A stretch of 64,000 bases of DNA, from positions 25,640 through 89,639 of the forward strand of contig WFXI01000320.1 of assembly GCA_015490675.1 (NCBI GenBank), given 5' to 3'. Below are positions 17,901-26,181 of the stretch, piece by piece. The position numbers and the translations under genes are program-made. Below the pieces are notes generated by a model, which had not been told where the DNA came from, did not search any database, and worked only from the letters and a program-made list of their open reading frames with translations. The stretch's first letter is position 1; each line of letters begins with the position of its first letter. The stretch comes from Hydrogenothermaceae bacterium (GTDB lineage: Bacteria > Aquificota > Aquificia > Aquificales > Hydrogenothermaceae).

Positions 17901-19252
17901 ATAGCAGAAGTTACACTACTAGCTAAACCAACTAAAGCATGTTCTGACCCCTTAGCTAAAGCAAAAGCTAACATAGGAACTAATAAAGAAAAATAGTTCC
18001 AAGCAGATAAATGAGCCATAGACTGCTCAAATATAGGACCCATAGTTGCCATTGTATATCCCTGGCCCAAAGAAACCCCAGATAGTAGGTTTTCTAATCT
18101 TAAATGTGCCACATAAGTTAAAACAGCATACAAAGGATCCCACAACGAAAGCCAAAAGAATAAAACTAAAAACATCTTTATATACATACCCCTCATTGGA
18201 GTAAAAACCATCATAAATAAAAACGGAAACAAAGCAAATAAAGCTATCTGAATCAAATTTTTTATAACGGGGATTAACTCCCTAGCTATATTACCACCTA
18301 CCTCCCAATTTTTAAAAATATTATTCTTTGCTATTTGTTCAGCATACGGCCTAATATCATTAGACACTAATGAGTCTGCCGAAGCATATTCTAAAGCTTC
18401 ATATATATATCTAGCAGATATAGTATTCTTAAAAACCTCTAATGCAGAATTATTAGTCGTCTGACCTAAAAAATCACTAAAAGCTGCAGGTATATAATTA
18501 ACCCCACCATTAGGAAGAAAAGTCAAAGCAGTTAAAACATTAGTTAACTGAACTGAGCTCAAAGTATCCAATTGTGTATTTAAATAAGCATATGATTCTG
18601 AACATGTAACTATAGTACCACTTATATTAGAAGGATCATATATAGTAGTAGAAGCATTATTGAAAGGCCTCAAATACTCCCAAATCCCCGTTGAACTCAC
18701 AAGGGTAGCAAAATCCTTATTACCTCTTAATATATCTTCATAAAAACAATCATATATAAAACTATTCAAAGTTCTTCTTAAATAAGGGTCAGAAATATTC
18801 ATCTTAGGAAGAGCAGAAAAAAGATTTGCTCCATAGTTATATCCAACAGAATTATAATCTATACCACTAGGAGTCTGAAAATATGTAGAAATCACATCCA
18901 TTAAAGTTTTTTCAAAAGAAGAGAAAAAATGTGCCGTTAAAGCAACAGGAGCTGGAACATTATCCACTATAGCAGGAGGAGCTGTTGGGTCCCTAGCATC
19001 TATAATATTTACAGAATAATTAATCCTAGTAAATAAAAGTAAAAGCGCAGATGTTCCAAAAAAGAACATAACAAAAGTAGAAATAGCATCTCTACCAGAC
19101 AAAAAAGCTCTGATAAAGGTTACTGTACCAGTAACAATCAACATAGTTAAAATAAAAAGTTGTACATCTCCATTGTTTGCAATATCATCTAATACACTTA
19201 AAACAGTAGCTAAAGAATTTGCCTCTCCCCAGGTATAAATATTGAAAGCCAT
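14930..19252 (-). CDS. traG: Mating-pair stabilisation protein TraG with long C-terminal extension
   Basis: FNIYTWG N-terminus, IVDNVP, FIYDC, multi-TM region with LFFWLSLWDPLYAVL; follows traH. Confidence 0.88.
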   Translation of the reverse strand: MAFNIYTWGEANSLATVLSVLDDIANNGDVQLFILTMLIVTGTVTFIRAFLSGRDAISTFVMFFFGTSALLLLFTRINYSVNIIDARDPTAPPAIVDNVPAPVALTAHFFSSFEKTLMDVISTYFQTPSGIDYNSVGYNYGANLFSALPKMNISDPYLRRTLNSFIYDCFYEDILRGNKDFATLVSSTGIWEYLRPFNNASTTIYDPSNISGTIVTCSESYAYLNTQLDTLSSVQLTNVLTALTFLPNGGVNYIPAAFSDFLGQTTNNSALEVFKNTISARYIYEALEYASADSLVSNDIRPYAEQIAKNNIFKNWEVGGNIARELIPVIKNLIQIALFALFPFLFMMVFTPMRGMYIKMFLVLFFWLSLWDPLYAVLTYVAHLRLENLLSGVSLGQGYTMATMGPIFEQSMAHLSAWNYFSLLVPMLAFALAKGSEHALVGLASSVTSAISSGSSSVSGQVASPQGAGSMMGHSREVSMFGANKAFNEAADNVLINAMEKYGYNAANRDFGMGYVQGIPNSAYQSTLQSLSENNTYTGVDSIDIGTAKGVRNLLQSKQFRQEISQFNGDIDSYISKMAKAHGIKNVSEARAYLHAIDSVFGNKDGKLSQDEINAYQDYLNKSELFNLGSSNAKLGEFMSYFKKLGLSDEEALLKSAVLSGQGQAAMNLLHAVEKKGDLSALMELSGNNFEKALQMWKEWSGYKYSRNFSNTKELANLGRKFLGDSSKNLSDFEVIAKMGSIFGKNSAEKEMYENAKWDAFANDIAGAENNEDFLNKLTRMAQLEGSLDASAKEGLILATKKLGLENVKQMVKDKTAGNFFRDIVEGIKNKDLMKALGNGDYKKGIDKYSDILMKRDYSDAQKTQAIMDELINYYKQQGMSDMEALAKASGNLGKFEAFGEEGKISALHYFGDKLRESFKAGRISEVAVALGKFEQAGGNTDELAKYMAEKGKMDVAQAKAMFEFSKFIEEVGKPLGITEKDANNIYQALKEGGHFLSSLNSLNKIGAIAAGAFLLDKFGDAAKEWFKGLDSIDKIRSGSISPTLDRAERRFMEAAKNTALEAIDDEISRIDSELKNANLEERKRQDLYNRRNKLLDERKNISSFDVSDPKQRGALLERLTRDDFTNLFDKGFDVRERVFSRMSRANMVVADGLKHLVGNIDRILANNHVPLNLRENLLDLVEQVRDNPNNIDASRKLADFIDNKLIGEGFLTREEFNKAYQETIKHLESISPEGAKIFTEASGGAKGAFARTGGKIVAGLSRLSSPLGWAYLGADVVTEVFTGKSLTERALEPILSYRTENDAANHIEKLSKNISAYYGANAGNKFEGQVVIGGRTMFDRVGMELGYTEGSVLEFIARYGDGFYSYLNEHGQEFTDSNGNIDLNQARNAYDRILKDKTSKEHDKYVAYLAGNKETLVHPDKNSSGQSRILDFFMEGVYK

Positions 19253-19275
19253 AAGATCTTCTCCTAAACTACTTA

Positions 19276-20844
19276 CTAAAATCTATTTGCAAAACCATAT
19301 GATGATGAATATTGATATTTATATAATTCCAAAAATATTTTCTTTTCTACATCTTTCACTAAAACTCTAAATTTCTTATCATCATCTTTAATTCTAAAAT
19401 ATAAATCCTTTTTGATCTTAGCTAAAATTTCAAATAAATTTTTAGCACTTTCTTTAAAAGAATCTAAATTCATAAGAACATCTTCGGAACCTTCTGCACC
19501 AGATACAGATGCTTTAATTTTATCGATATTATAATAGATATAACTTGTAACTTTAAGCATAGCATTCAAATATGCCAAAGTACCATAATAAGAAGCTACC
19601 CTTTCTATCATCTCATCTTTAATTTCATCTGCAGCAACAGGATCTATATAATTTAATCTTCTAAGAGTATTAAAATATCCCAATAAAGGAACAGGTAAAG
19701 AAGCTAAAATATTTCTTTGTGTTGGAGTCAAATAAGAATCCGATAACACTCTACCATAAGCATCTTTTAAAATATCTGCTTTCTGATTAATAAAATCATC
19801 TAGAGTCTGTGGAGCACCTACTGTACCATTTAACTTTTTAGGATAAAAAGTTAAATTAGTACTAGCATCTGGACCATCAAAAGCAATACTTAATGTGTGT
19901 ACCGCTTCTGGAACTGGTGAAATATATCTAACCTTTCCCGAACCTGAAGCAGTTTCAACAACAAAATCACCCATAAATCCTCTAAGTATATCCTCAACTT
20001 CTTTATAAAAATCATTATCAGAAGCACCTGACATAGATAATACCTCATGTAAAACACCTTTAGAAATATCCCCTAAAGTATTTGCCATCTTATCAAAACA
20101 TTGAGCCCTCTTACTTGGATCTGTTATCACAGCACAATCATAAGTATTCAAACCAGATTGAAATTCACCAACTATTTCAGATCCTAATTTTCTAATTTCC
20201 TGAGGCACTATACTCTCAAAACCACTTTGTAAATCTTTCATCCAAGCCTTTGCATCTTCATATGCAGAAGAACCAGAGTTTTTCTCAGTTAACAATCCTG
20301 TTTTTTTTGCCAAGAATCCTATTCCTGCTTTAGCTAAAGAACAAGAATCCATATTTAAACTATTTATGATATCTGATACTTGCTCCAAAAATGCTAAAAC
20401 AGCTGCACATTTTTCACAGAGATTAGATATAACAAGCTGTACCGCCAAAGCAGGAGCTGCTCTTAAAGCATTCTGTAACTTATCAACAAGCTCATCAAAG
20501 TTTAAATAAGATAAAGCTCCCAGAGAAATATCAATACCTCCACAACCAGCCGATATACTAGGTGGGGTAAAAGAAATCAATTGAATATTATCTTGAGGAA
20601 CCTTATAACTAAGTCTACCACCTATAAGGTATTTTCTACCTTGTAAATCAAGAACTCTATAAGCACTATTAGTAGTAGTTAAGCCAGACTCCATTTGCGA
20701 TATAGTATCATCAATAAAAGAATCTAATCCTCCTGCAATAGAATAAAAACTAACAAAAATTGAAAATATCCAACTTACTAAGATACCTAAAATTAAATTT
20801 TTCATAATGAAATACCTCTTATAAATATTCAAAATGCACAACAA
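19276..20844 (-). CDS. traH: F-type T4SS protein TraH
   Basis: FTPPSISAGCGGIDISLGALSYLNFDELV and NMDSC motifs. Confidence 0.92.
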   Translation of the reverse strand: MLCILNIYKRYFIMKNLILGILVSWIFSIFVSFYSIAGGLDSFIDDTISQMESGLTTTNSAYRVLDLQGRKYLIGGRLSYKVPQDNIQLISFTPPSISAGCGGIDISLGALSYLNFDELVDKLQNALRAAPALAVQLVISNLCEKCAAVLAFLEQVSDIINSLNMDSCSLAKAGIGFLAKKTGLLTEKNSGSSAYEDAKAWMKDLQSGFESIVPQEIRKLGSEIVGEFQSGLNTYDCAVITDPSKRAQCFDKMANTLGDISKGVLHEVLSMSGASDNDFYKEVEDILRGFMGDFVVETASGSGKVRYISPVPEAVHTLSIAFDGPDASTNLTFYPKKLNGTVGAPQTLDDFINQKADILKDAYGRVLSDSYLTPTQRNILASLPVPLLGYFNTLRRLNYIDPVAADEIKDEMIERVASYYGTLAYLNAMLKVTSYIYYNIDKIKASVSGAEGSEDVLMNLDSFKESAKNLFEILAKIKKDLYFRIKDDDKKFRVLVKDVEKKIFLELYKYQYSSSYGFANRF

Positions 20845-21845
20845 GATCTATATCTATATAAAAACCACGCTAAATTATCATTCTCTCCAGGAACTGGAGG
20901 ATTCATAAAAGACTCATATAAAACAGCAGGAAACCCTATAGGAACTCTATATGGGAAAGGAACAGGCATCATAATTTGTTTATTATAAACACTTTTTCTC
21001 CAAATAGGCATATAAAATCCTGAACAAATACCACTAGAACCAAACCTACCAAGCAACATTCCTGCTCTATGCATTTTATATAAAGTTTTCTCTAAATCTA
21101 AAGCCCCCGCTGCAATATAAGTTTGAGACTTACTATTGCCGGTTGTTGGGAACACAGAATGAGCCCCTGCAGTCCAAAAACATTCATCCGCAGGAAAACC
21201 TACTGTAGACCTAACAGCATCATACATATTACAAGCTACCTGAGCAATGGCATTAGACAATAGCAAAGCTTCTGGATTTCCAAGAATACTACACCATTCA
21301 TCATCATCCCCACATATAGGATCTACTTCCGATATATAGGTAGCTAAATCTGATGCCTGAAAACAAAGAAGATCTATCATAATATTCATCATCTTAAACG
21401 GAAAATAAGGAAAAGAATGGGTATGCATAAATCTTAATGTATTTCCTTCTCCTGCTTTAGCATGATCTTTTAACTCTCCTCCAAACTGTTGCCCATTAAC
21501 AGGAGCAGGTATATATAAACCATAAGTTTTAAAACAGTAAGGGTCTTTAACAGTATCTATTGCAGCAATAACTTCCCAAAAACTTATAGAAATTCCAATT
21601 CTAGGTATTGGATCTAAACATACACATATAGGAGATAAGCTTGTATCTATGGGAACAGCATATGATAAAGGAGAAGTGCCTGGAACTACCGTAACATTTC
21701 CTATTCTTATAGGAAGCATATTGTGCATAGAACCTAAAAATATCATTAAAGACCTATATACAGCCGTTGGATCTGGCTTACATACTGAAAAAGAATTCTC
21801 AAACAAAACAAAAATAAAAGAAAAAACTATAATAAGTTTTTTCAT
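20829..21845 (-). CDS. traU: F-type T4SS protein TraU
   Basis: MLPIRIG, PICVC..PIPRIG..FWE, YISEVDP, LYRYRSCC. Confidence 0.9.
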   Translation of the reverse strand: MKKLIIVFSFIFVLFENSFSVCKPDPTAVYRSLMIFLGSMHNMLPIRIGNVTVVPGTSPLSYAVPIDTSLSPICVCLDPIPRIGISISFWEVIAAIDTVKDPYCFKTYGLYIPAPVNGQQFGGELKDHAKAGEGNTLRFMHTHSFPYFPFKMMNIMIDLLCFQASDLATYISEVDPICGDDDEWCSILGNPEALLLSNAIAQVACNMYDAVRSTVGFPADECFWTAGAHSVFPTTGNSKSQTYIAAGALDLEKTLYKMHRAGMLLGRFGSSGICSGFYMPIWRKSVYNKQIMMPVPFPYRVPIGFPAVLYESFMNPPVPGENDNLAWFLYRYRSCCAF

Positions 21846-21863
21846 ATCACAATTCCCTTTAAA

Positions 21864-22568
21864 TTAATTTTTTCCTGAAATGGCTTTTTTTTCCAAATAA
21901 GAATCCTTATTTAAAATATAATCTTTACTTAAAAGATTACCTTTTTCATCTAAAGCATAAACATCTATTCTAAATTTACCTTGCTTCAAATCAACACTTA
22001 CTCTACTTATAGAATACTTTAATCCCATAGGCTCAAACATTTTACCAAATAAATAATAAACAGGAACTTTCAACTTTTTCATAACCTCTCTATAATTACC
22101 ATCACATATTACATACTTAACCCTTATTTTTTTATCAATAAAATACTTCTTCACAAAACTTAACTGCTTTTCATCTGAACCATCAAATATAAGTAAATCA
22201 ATAGGCTTAAACTTAACAAACTTCAAAGGTTTAAACTTAAACCCTTTTTTATATAAAACTTTCCATTCTCCATTTACAGGGATTTTCACATCAACAGGCA
22301 ACTCATATTCATAATCAACAAAATAAATTTCTGTCTTTTTAGCCTTCTTCAACCTTATCAAATTTTCAGGCTGATAATTTAAGATTTTCTTCTTAAAATC
22401 TTTTCTTATTTTCTCATAATCAACCTTCCTAGCAGCTTCATATAACTCCTCAATTAAATCTCGTTCCTTTATCTCATATACAATACCAAACCTACCTAAA
22501 AACTCAGAAGAATAAGAAGAAAAAATCCACCCCATAGCAAAAAACAAAATAAGAAATTTTACTTTCAA
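21864..22568 (-). CDS. traW: F-type T4SS protein TraW
   Basis: G.VYEIKERDLIE, LLIFDGSDEKQL; synteny with traU and trbC. Confidence 0.8.
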   Translation of the reverse strand: MKVKFLILFFAMGWIFSSYSSEFLGRFGIVYEIKERDLIEELYEAARKVDYEKIRKDFKKKILNYQPENLIRLKKAKKTEIYFVDYEYELPVDVKIPVNGEWKVLYKKGFKFKPLKFVKFKPIDLLIFDGSDEKQLSFVKKYFIDKKIRVKYVICDGNYREVMKKLKVPVYYLFGKMFEPMGLKYSISRVSVDLKQGKFRIDVYALDEKGNLLSKDYILNKDSYLEKKAISGKN

Positions 22569-22609
22569 ATATTCTACTCCAAATTTAATTTAAATAAAAA
22601 TATGATATG

Positions 22610-23629
22610 TTACAAGCCTAAACCTATCTCCTTAATTTTTTTTAAACCTTCAGAAGAAATTCTCTTATTATCTATTAACTCATTAACAAAATAAAATAAA
22701 GAGACATCACCTTCCATCTTATAATAATCATCAACTTTTCTTTCCAAATTGCCAGAAAAACCCTCTGAACCTTGATGTATAACAGAAATTCCTCTAGCAT
22801 ACACCAAAGTAGGAACAACTTTAATTTTGTAGTATTTAAAAAGATAAGGATCTATTATTATATTTGCAGGCTTTGATATATCACTTCCATACATAGATTC
22901 ATCAAAAGCTAACCTTCTAATATAATTAATGGTAGGCATCATCTTTTTACATCCTTCAGGACCTACACATCCTCTTAAAACTAAAAATATATTCCCACTT
23001 CCTATCAATCTAACAGATTTTATATAACTCCTCCATGTTGAATCAGGAACAGATGATGAAAGAAAAATATATATTCTTTCATCAGAAGCTAAAACACTAT
23101 CGAAAGATAAAAAAGCAGGAAATTTACCATTTATAATTTTATTATAATTCTCTAAAATTTGGTACTCTACTGAAAAAGAGTCTCCTTTTAAAGCTTTACC
23201 TTTATAAAGTTCTTTATAGTATATATTCTTAGTAAATTCCTTAATCCAACGCTTCATCCTCTTATCAGAATTTAAACCTTCAACTACATTTCGTGCTTTT
23301 TGTCGAACCTCATTATTTTCATCAAAGCCAGAAAATTTACCTTTTATCTCTTTCTCTCTTTTCTTAGATTCTAACTCTATATTTTTAACTGTTGAATTAA
23401 TTACATCTGCATTTTCTTTATAAAAATTATTTTTTAAAGTTTCTATGTTTTCAACATTATTATTATCTTTCACTTTATTAATATAAATATTCTCATTTGA
23501 CAGATCCTGTTCACCTAAAGCAAAAGAAAAAAAGCCAAAAACCAAAAAGTTAATAATATACTTCAATTTCCACCCTTCTATTTTTACTATGATCCGTTTT
23601 AGAAACAAAACAACATTTACCCTTTGCAT
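22610..23629 (-). CDS. trbC: F-type pilus assembly protein TrbC
   Basis: IFLSSSVP, LVLRG, IIDPYLFKYYKIKVVPTLV, GDVSL; true start probably downstream of the ORF start. Confidence 0.85.
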   Translation of the reverse strand: MQRVNVVLFLKRIIVKIEGWKLKYIINFLVFGFFSFALGEQDLSNENIYINKVKDNNNVENIETLKNNFYKENADVINSTVKNIELESKKREKEIKGKFSGFDENNEVRQKARNVVEGLNSDKRMKRWIKEFTKNIYYKELYKGKALKGDSFSVEYQILENYNKIINGKFPAFLSFDSVLASDERIYIFLSSSVPDSTWRSYIKSVRLIGSGNIFLVLRGCVGPEGCKKMMPTINYIRRLAFDESMYGSDISKPANIIIDPYLFKYYKIKVVPTLVYARGISVIHQGSEGFSGNLERKVDDYYKMEGDVSLFYFVNELIDNKRISSEGLKKIKEIGLGL

Positions 23630-24236
23630 AAATAATATACTCTAAATCTCTAGACTTAATATAAGAATCTAAATATTTTTTTACTTGCATAGCTCTTTTA
23701 TAAGATAAGGTTCTATTATAATCCTCACCACCTACTTCATCTGTATAACCACTTATCACAACCTTTCTAATTTTAAAATTTTTCATTCTTTCAATCAAAG
23801 ACTTTAAAACAGGAAGTTGAGATTTCTTTATATAATAAGAATCAAAATCAAAATAAACTATAAATTTATCTTGATTTACATTGACTTTTTCTTTAGATAG
23901 ATCAGGTATCTTAGATACATAAACAAAAGAAGGACTTAATTCCTTAGAAATTTTATGGTCAATAGGTTTTAGCTTAGAAAAACCTTCCGAATTTTCAAAA
24001 AACATCTGTTTTGAACCAGAATATTTCAAATAAGATGAAATTATCTCAGTATGATAATCAACTCCATTTATATTCTTATAAACCAACTTATTCATATTTC
24101 TATTTTTATTATCTAAATCTAAATTTCTAGAGGAAATATCTTTATTTGAACAAGAAAAAGTAAAAATAATAAAAGAAAAAATAACATAAAATATCCTCAT
24201 ACTACTTAGACCCCCAAATAATAGTCCTATCATCAA
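23550..24236 (-). CDS. OmpA-family peptidoglycan-binding lipoprotein
   Basis: Lipobox TFSC; VYFDFDS, GYTDEVG..YN..LS..RA, NRRVEI. Confidence 0.85.
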   Translation of the reverse strand: MMIGLLFGGLSSMRIFYVIFSFIIFTFSCSNKDISSRNLDLDNKNRNMNKLVYKNINGVDYHTEIISSYLKYSGSKQMFFENSEGFSKLKPIDHKISKELSPSFVYVSKIPDLSKEKVNVNQDKFIVYFDFDSYYIKKSQLPVLKSLIERMKNFKIRKVVISGYTDEVGGEDYNRTLSYKRAMQVKKYLDSYIKSRDLEYIIYAKGKCCFVSKTDHSKNRRVEIEVYY

Positions 24237-25248
24237 TGTGTTTTCCTGTTTTTAAAAACTTATAATAATAGATAATTCTTTTTACCAAAACATTTTCAGA
24301 TGTTAATCCAACAGCTATAGGTTGAAATTTAGGCTTATTATTCCTAGCTACAACTAAAACAATAGTAGGAGTAACACTAATATTAAACACTTTAAATGCT
24401 TTAGGACGAACTATACAATTTGGAAAATTATTAGGACAATAATCAAAAGATACTGTCATAACTTCTAATCCATAATCTGCTATTAACTTATGTATTGCAT
24501 CCATCTCTATATGACAATACTTACAACCTCCCTTTACAAAAATATAAATACCCACTTTTTCTTTAGGATTATTTCTTAAATTTTTAAAAAATCTTTTTCT
24601 ATCCTCAATCCTCTCTTTGTAATTAACCTTCTCCTCCCAAGAAGATTTAGTAAATCTTCCATAACCTCCTAATTTAGGATTTGTTAAAATAACTTGCTGC
24701 CAAACTCTAGCAACCTTAAGAGCTTTTCGAGCCATATAGTCCTGTACATATAAATAATTCTCAACATTTTCGGGAGTAGGGTTATATGAAGCTTCATCCA
24801 TCAAAACCTGAATTAAATATCTAAATTTTTTTGCATCCAAAGAATCTAAATATTTATCCTCTTTAACCTTGGAAAAATCTATATCAAAAGCTACAATTTC
24901 ACCACCTGTTCCAGTAATACCTATAACTCTTTCTTTTTTACTAACATCTTTTTTAAACTTAACAACCTTATTTTGATTTTTCTTCTTTTTATAATTTCGC
25001 GTTAAATTCTCCTTACTACAAAACTCCCCATAAGCCCAACCTCTTTCTCTATCTTCTAAAAAATTATCTTTTAACGGTTTACATAAACCATACTTAATAA
25101 ATTTTTCATATTCTTCTTCCGACAACTCTCCTAACTCAGCCTTAGAAATTAACTCTGTTTTCTCTTCTTCACTTATAAGCTCTGCCGCTAAAACCTCAAA
25201 ACATAAGAAAAAAATAACAAAAAAAAGAAATTTAAAATTACCTTTCAT
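24202..25248 (-). CDS. traF: Thioredoxin-like TraF
   Basis: ERGWAY, ASYNPTPENVENY, CKYCH, VTPTIVLV. Confidence 0.88.
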   Translation of the reverse strand: MKGNFKFLFFVIFFLCFEVLAAELISEEEKTELISKAELGELSEEEYEKFIKYGLCKPLKDNFLEDRERGWAYGEFCSKENLTRNYKKKKNQNKVVKFKKDVSKKERVIGITGTGGEIVAFDIDFSKVKEDKYLDSLDAKKFRYLIQVLMDEASYNPTPENVENYLYVQDYMARKALKVARVWQQVILTNPKLGGYGRFTKSSWEEKVNYKERIEDRKRFFKNLRNNPKEKVGIYIFVKGGCKYCHIEMDAIHKLIADYGLEVMTVSFDYCPNNFPNCIVRPKAFKVFNISVTPTIVLVVARNNKPKFQPIAVGLTSENVLVKRIIYYYKFLKTGKHIDDRTIIWGSK

Positions 25249-25257
25249 ATTAACCTC

Positions 25258-25785
25258 TTAAAATAAAGGTATTACTATTCCTAAAACCTCATCAATCTTA
25301 ACAAAACCCCAATACCTACTATCAAAACTAAATTTAGTATCCCCCTCAACAAAAACATAACCTTCTGGAATCTTACCATCAAAAAGAAAAATTGGAGCTT
25401 CATCACCATTTAAAAATCTTTTCCTAGCTTTACCTATAAAAATTCCATCACAATAAAAACTTCTACTATCCTTATCAACATACAAGTTTTGTCCACCAAC
25501 ACAGATAACTCTCTTTACAAACAACTTTCCTTGAGCAACATCTAACTTTATTCTCGATGGGTCTTTAGTATAATCATAAAAGAATGAAACATATGTACCC
25601 ACTTTAATATCTTCCAAAGAAAAATTTTGCTTTACCAAACCAAATTTAAAATTCACACTTTTAGAAGAAATTAGCAAAGGTTTGTAAAAAAATAAAAAAA
25701 TAGCATATAAAGACATAAAGACTATAAATACTAAAAGACCATATAAAAATCTTTTTTCCCCAAAAATATACCTAATTTTTTCCAT
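25258..25785 (-). CDS. S26 family conjugative signal peptidase (pilin maturase, TrhF-like)
   Basis: SKSV, LFVKRV, IPEGYVFVEGD..SFDSRYWG. Confidence 0.85.
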   Translation of the reverse strand: MEKIRYIFGEKRFLYGLLVFIVFMSLYAIFLFFYKPLLISSKSVNFKFGLVKQNFSLEDIKVGTYVSFFYDYTKDPSRIKLDVAQGKLFVKRVICVGGQNLYVDKDSRSFYCDGIFIGKARKRFLNGDEAPIFLFDGKIPEGYVFVEGDTKFSFDSRYWGFVKIDEVLGIVIPLF

Positions 25786-26167
25786 TACTTCTTAACCCTA
25801 AAACTTTTAGAACTTCTGGAGTTAAATCAATCACTAATCCTTCAGGATAAAAAACCACAGCTGACTTTTCAAAAATAACAATATTTTTCTTTTTTAGATA
25901 TGCATCTAATGTTTTAAATCTATTACTCATAATAGTTTCATACTTAGAAACATTATTTAAATCCCTTGAAGAAGAAACTACATAATCCCTTTTTATTTCA
26001 TCAACAACTGCCTTAATATCCAAAACATATATAACATCTCTATTTTTAAAAAAATCACTCTTTTGAGCAACATAATAAATTACAAATATAAAAGAAAAAA
26101 CACCTAATAAACCAAGCCCATAAGTAACCCAATTTTCATATTTTCTCAAATTTTTAAATACATTCAT
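25772..26167 (-). CDS. TrbI-like single-TM protein
   Basis: TM segment followed by YVLDIK, AVV and IDLTPEV; lies after traC. Confidence 0.5.
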   Translation of the reverse strand: MNVFKNLRKYENWVTYGLGLLGVFSFIFVIYYVAQKSDFFKNRDVIYVLDIKAVVDEIKRDYVVSSSRDLNNVSKYETIMSNRFKTLDAYLKKKNIVIFEKSAVVFYPEGLVIDLTPEVLKVLGLRSNGKN

Positions 26168-26181
26168 AGTCTACCCCTGAA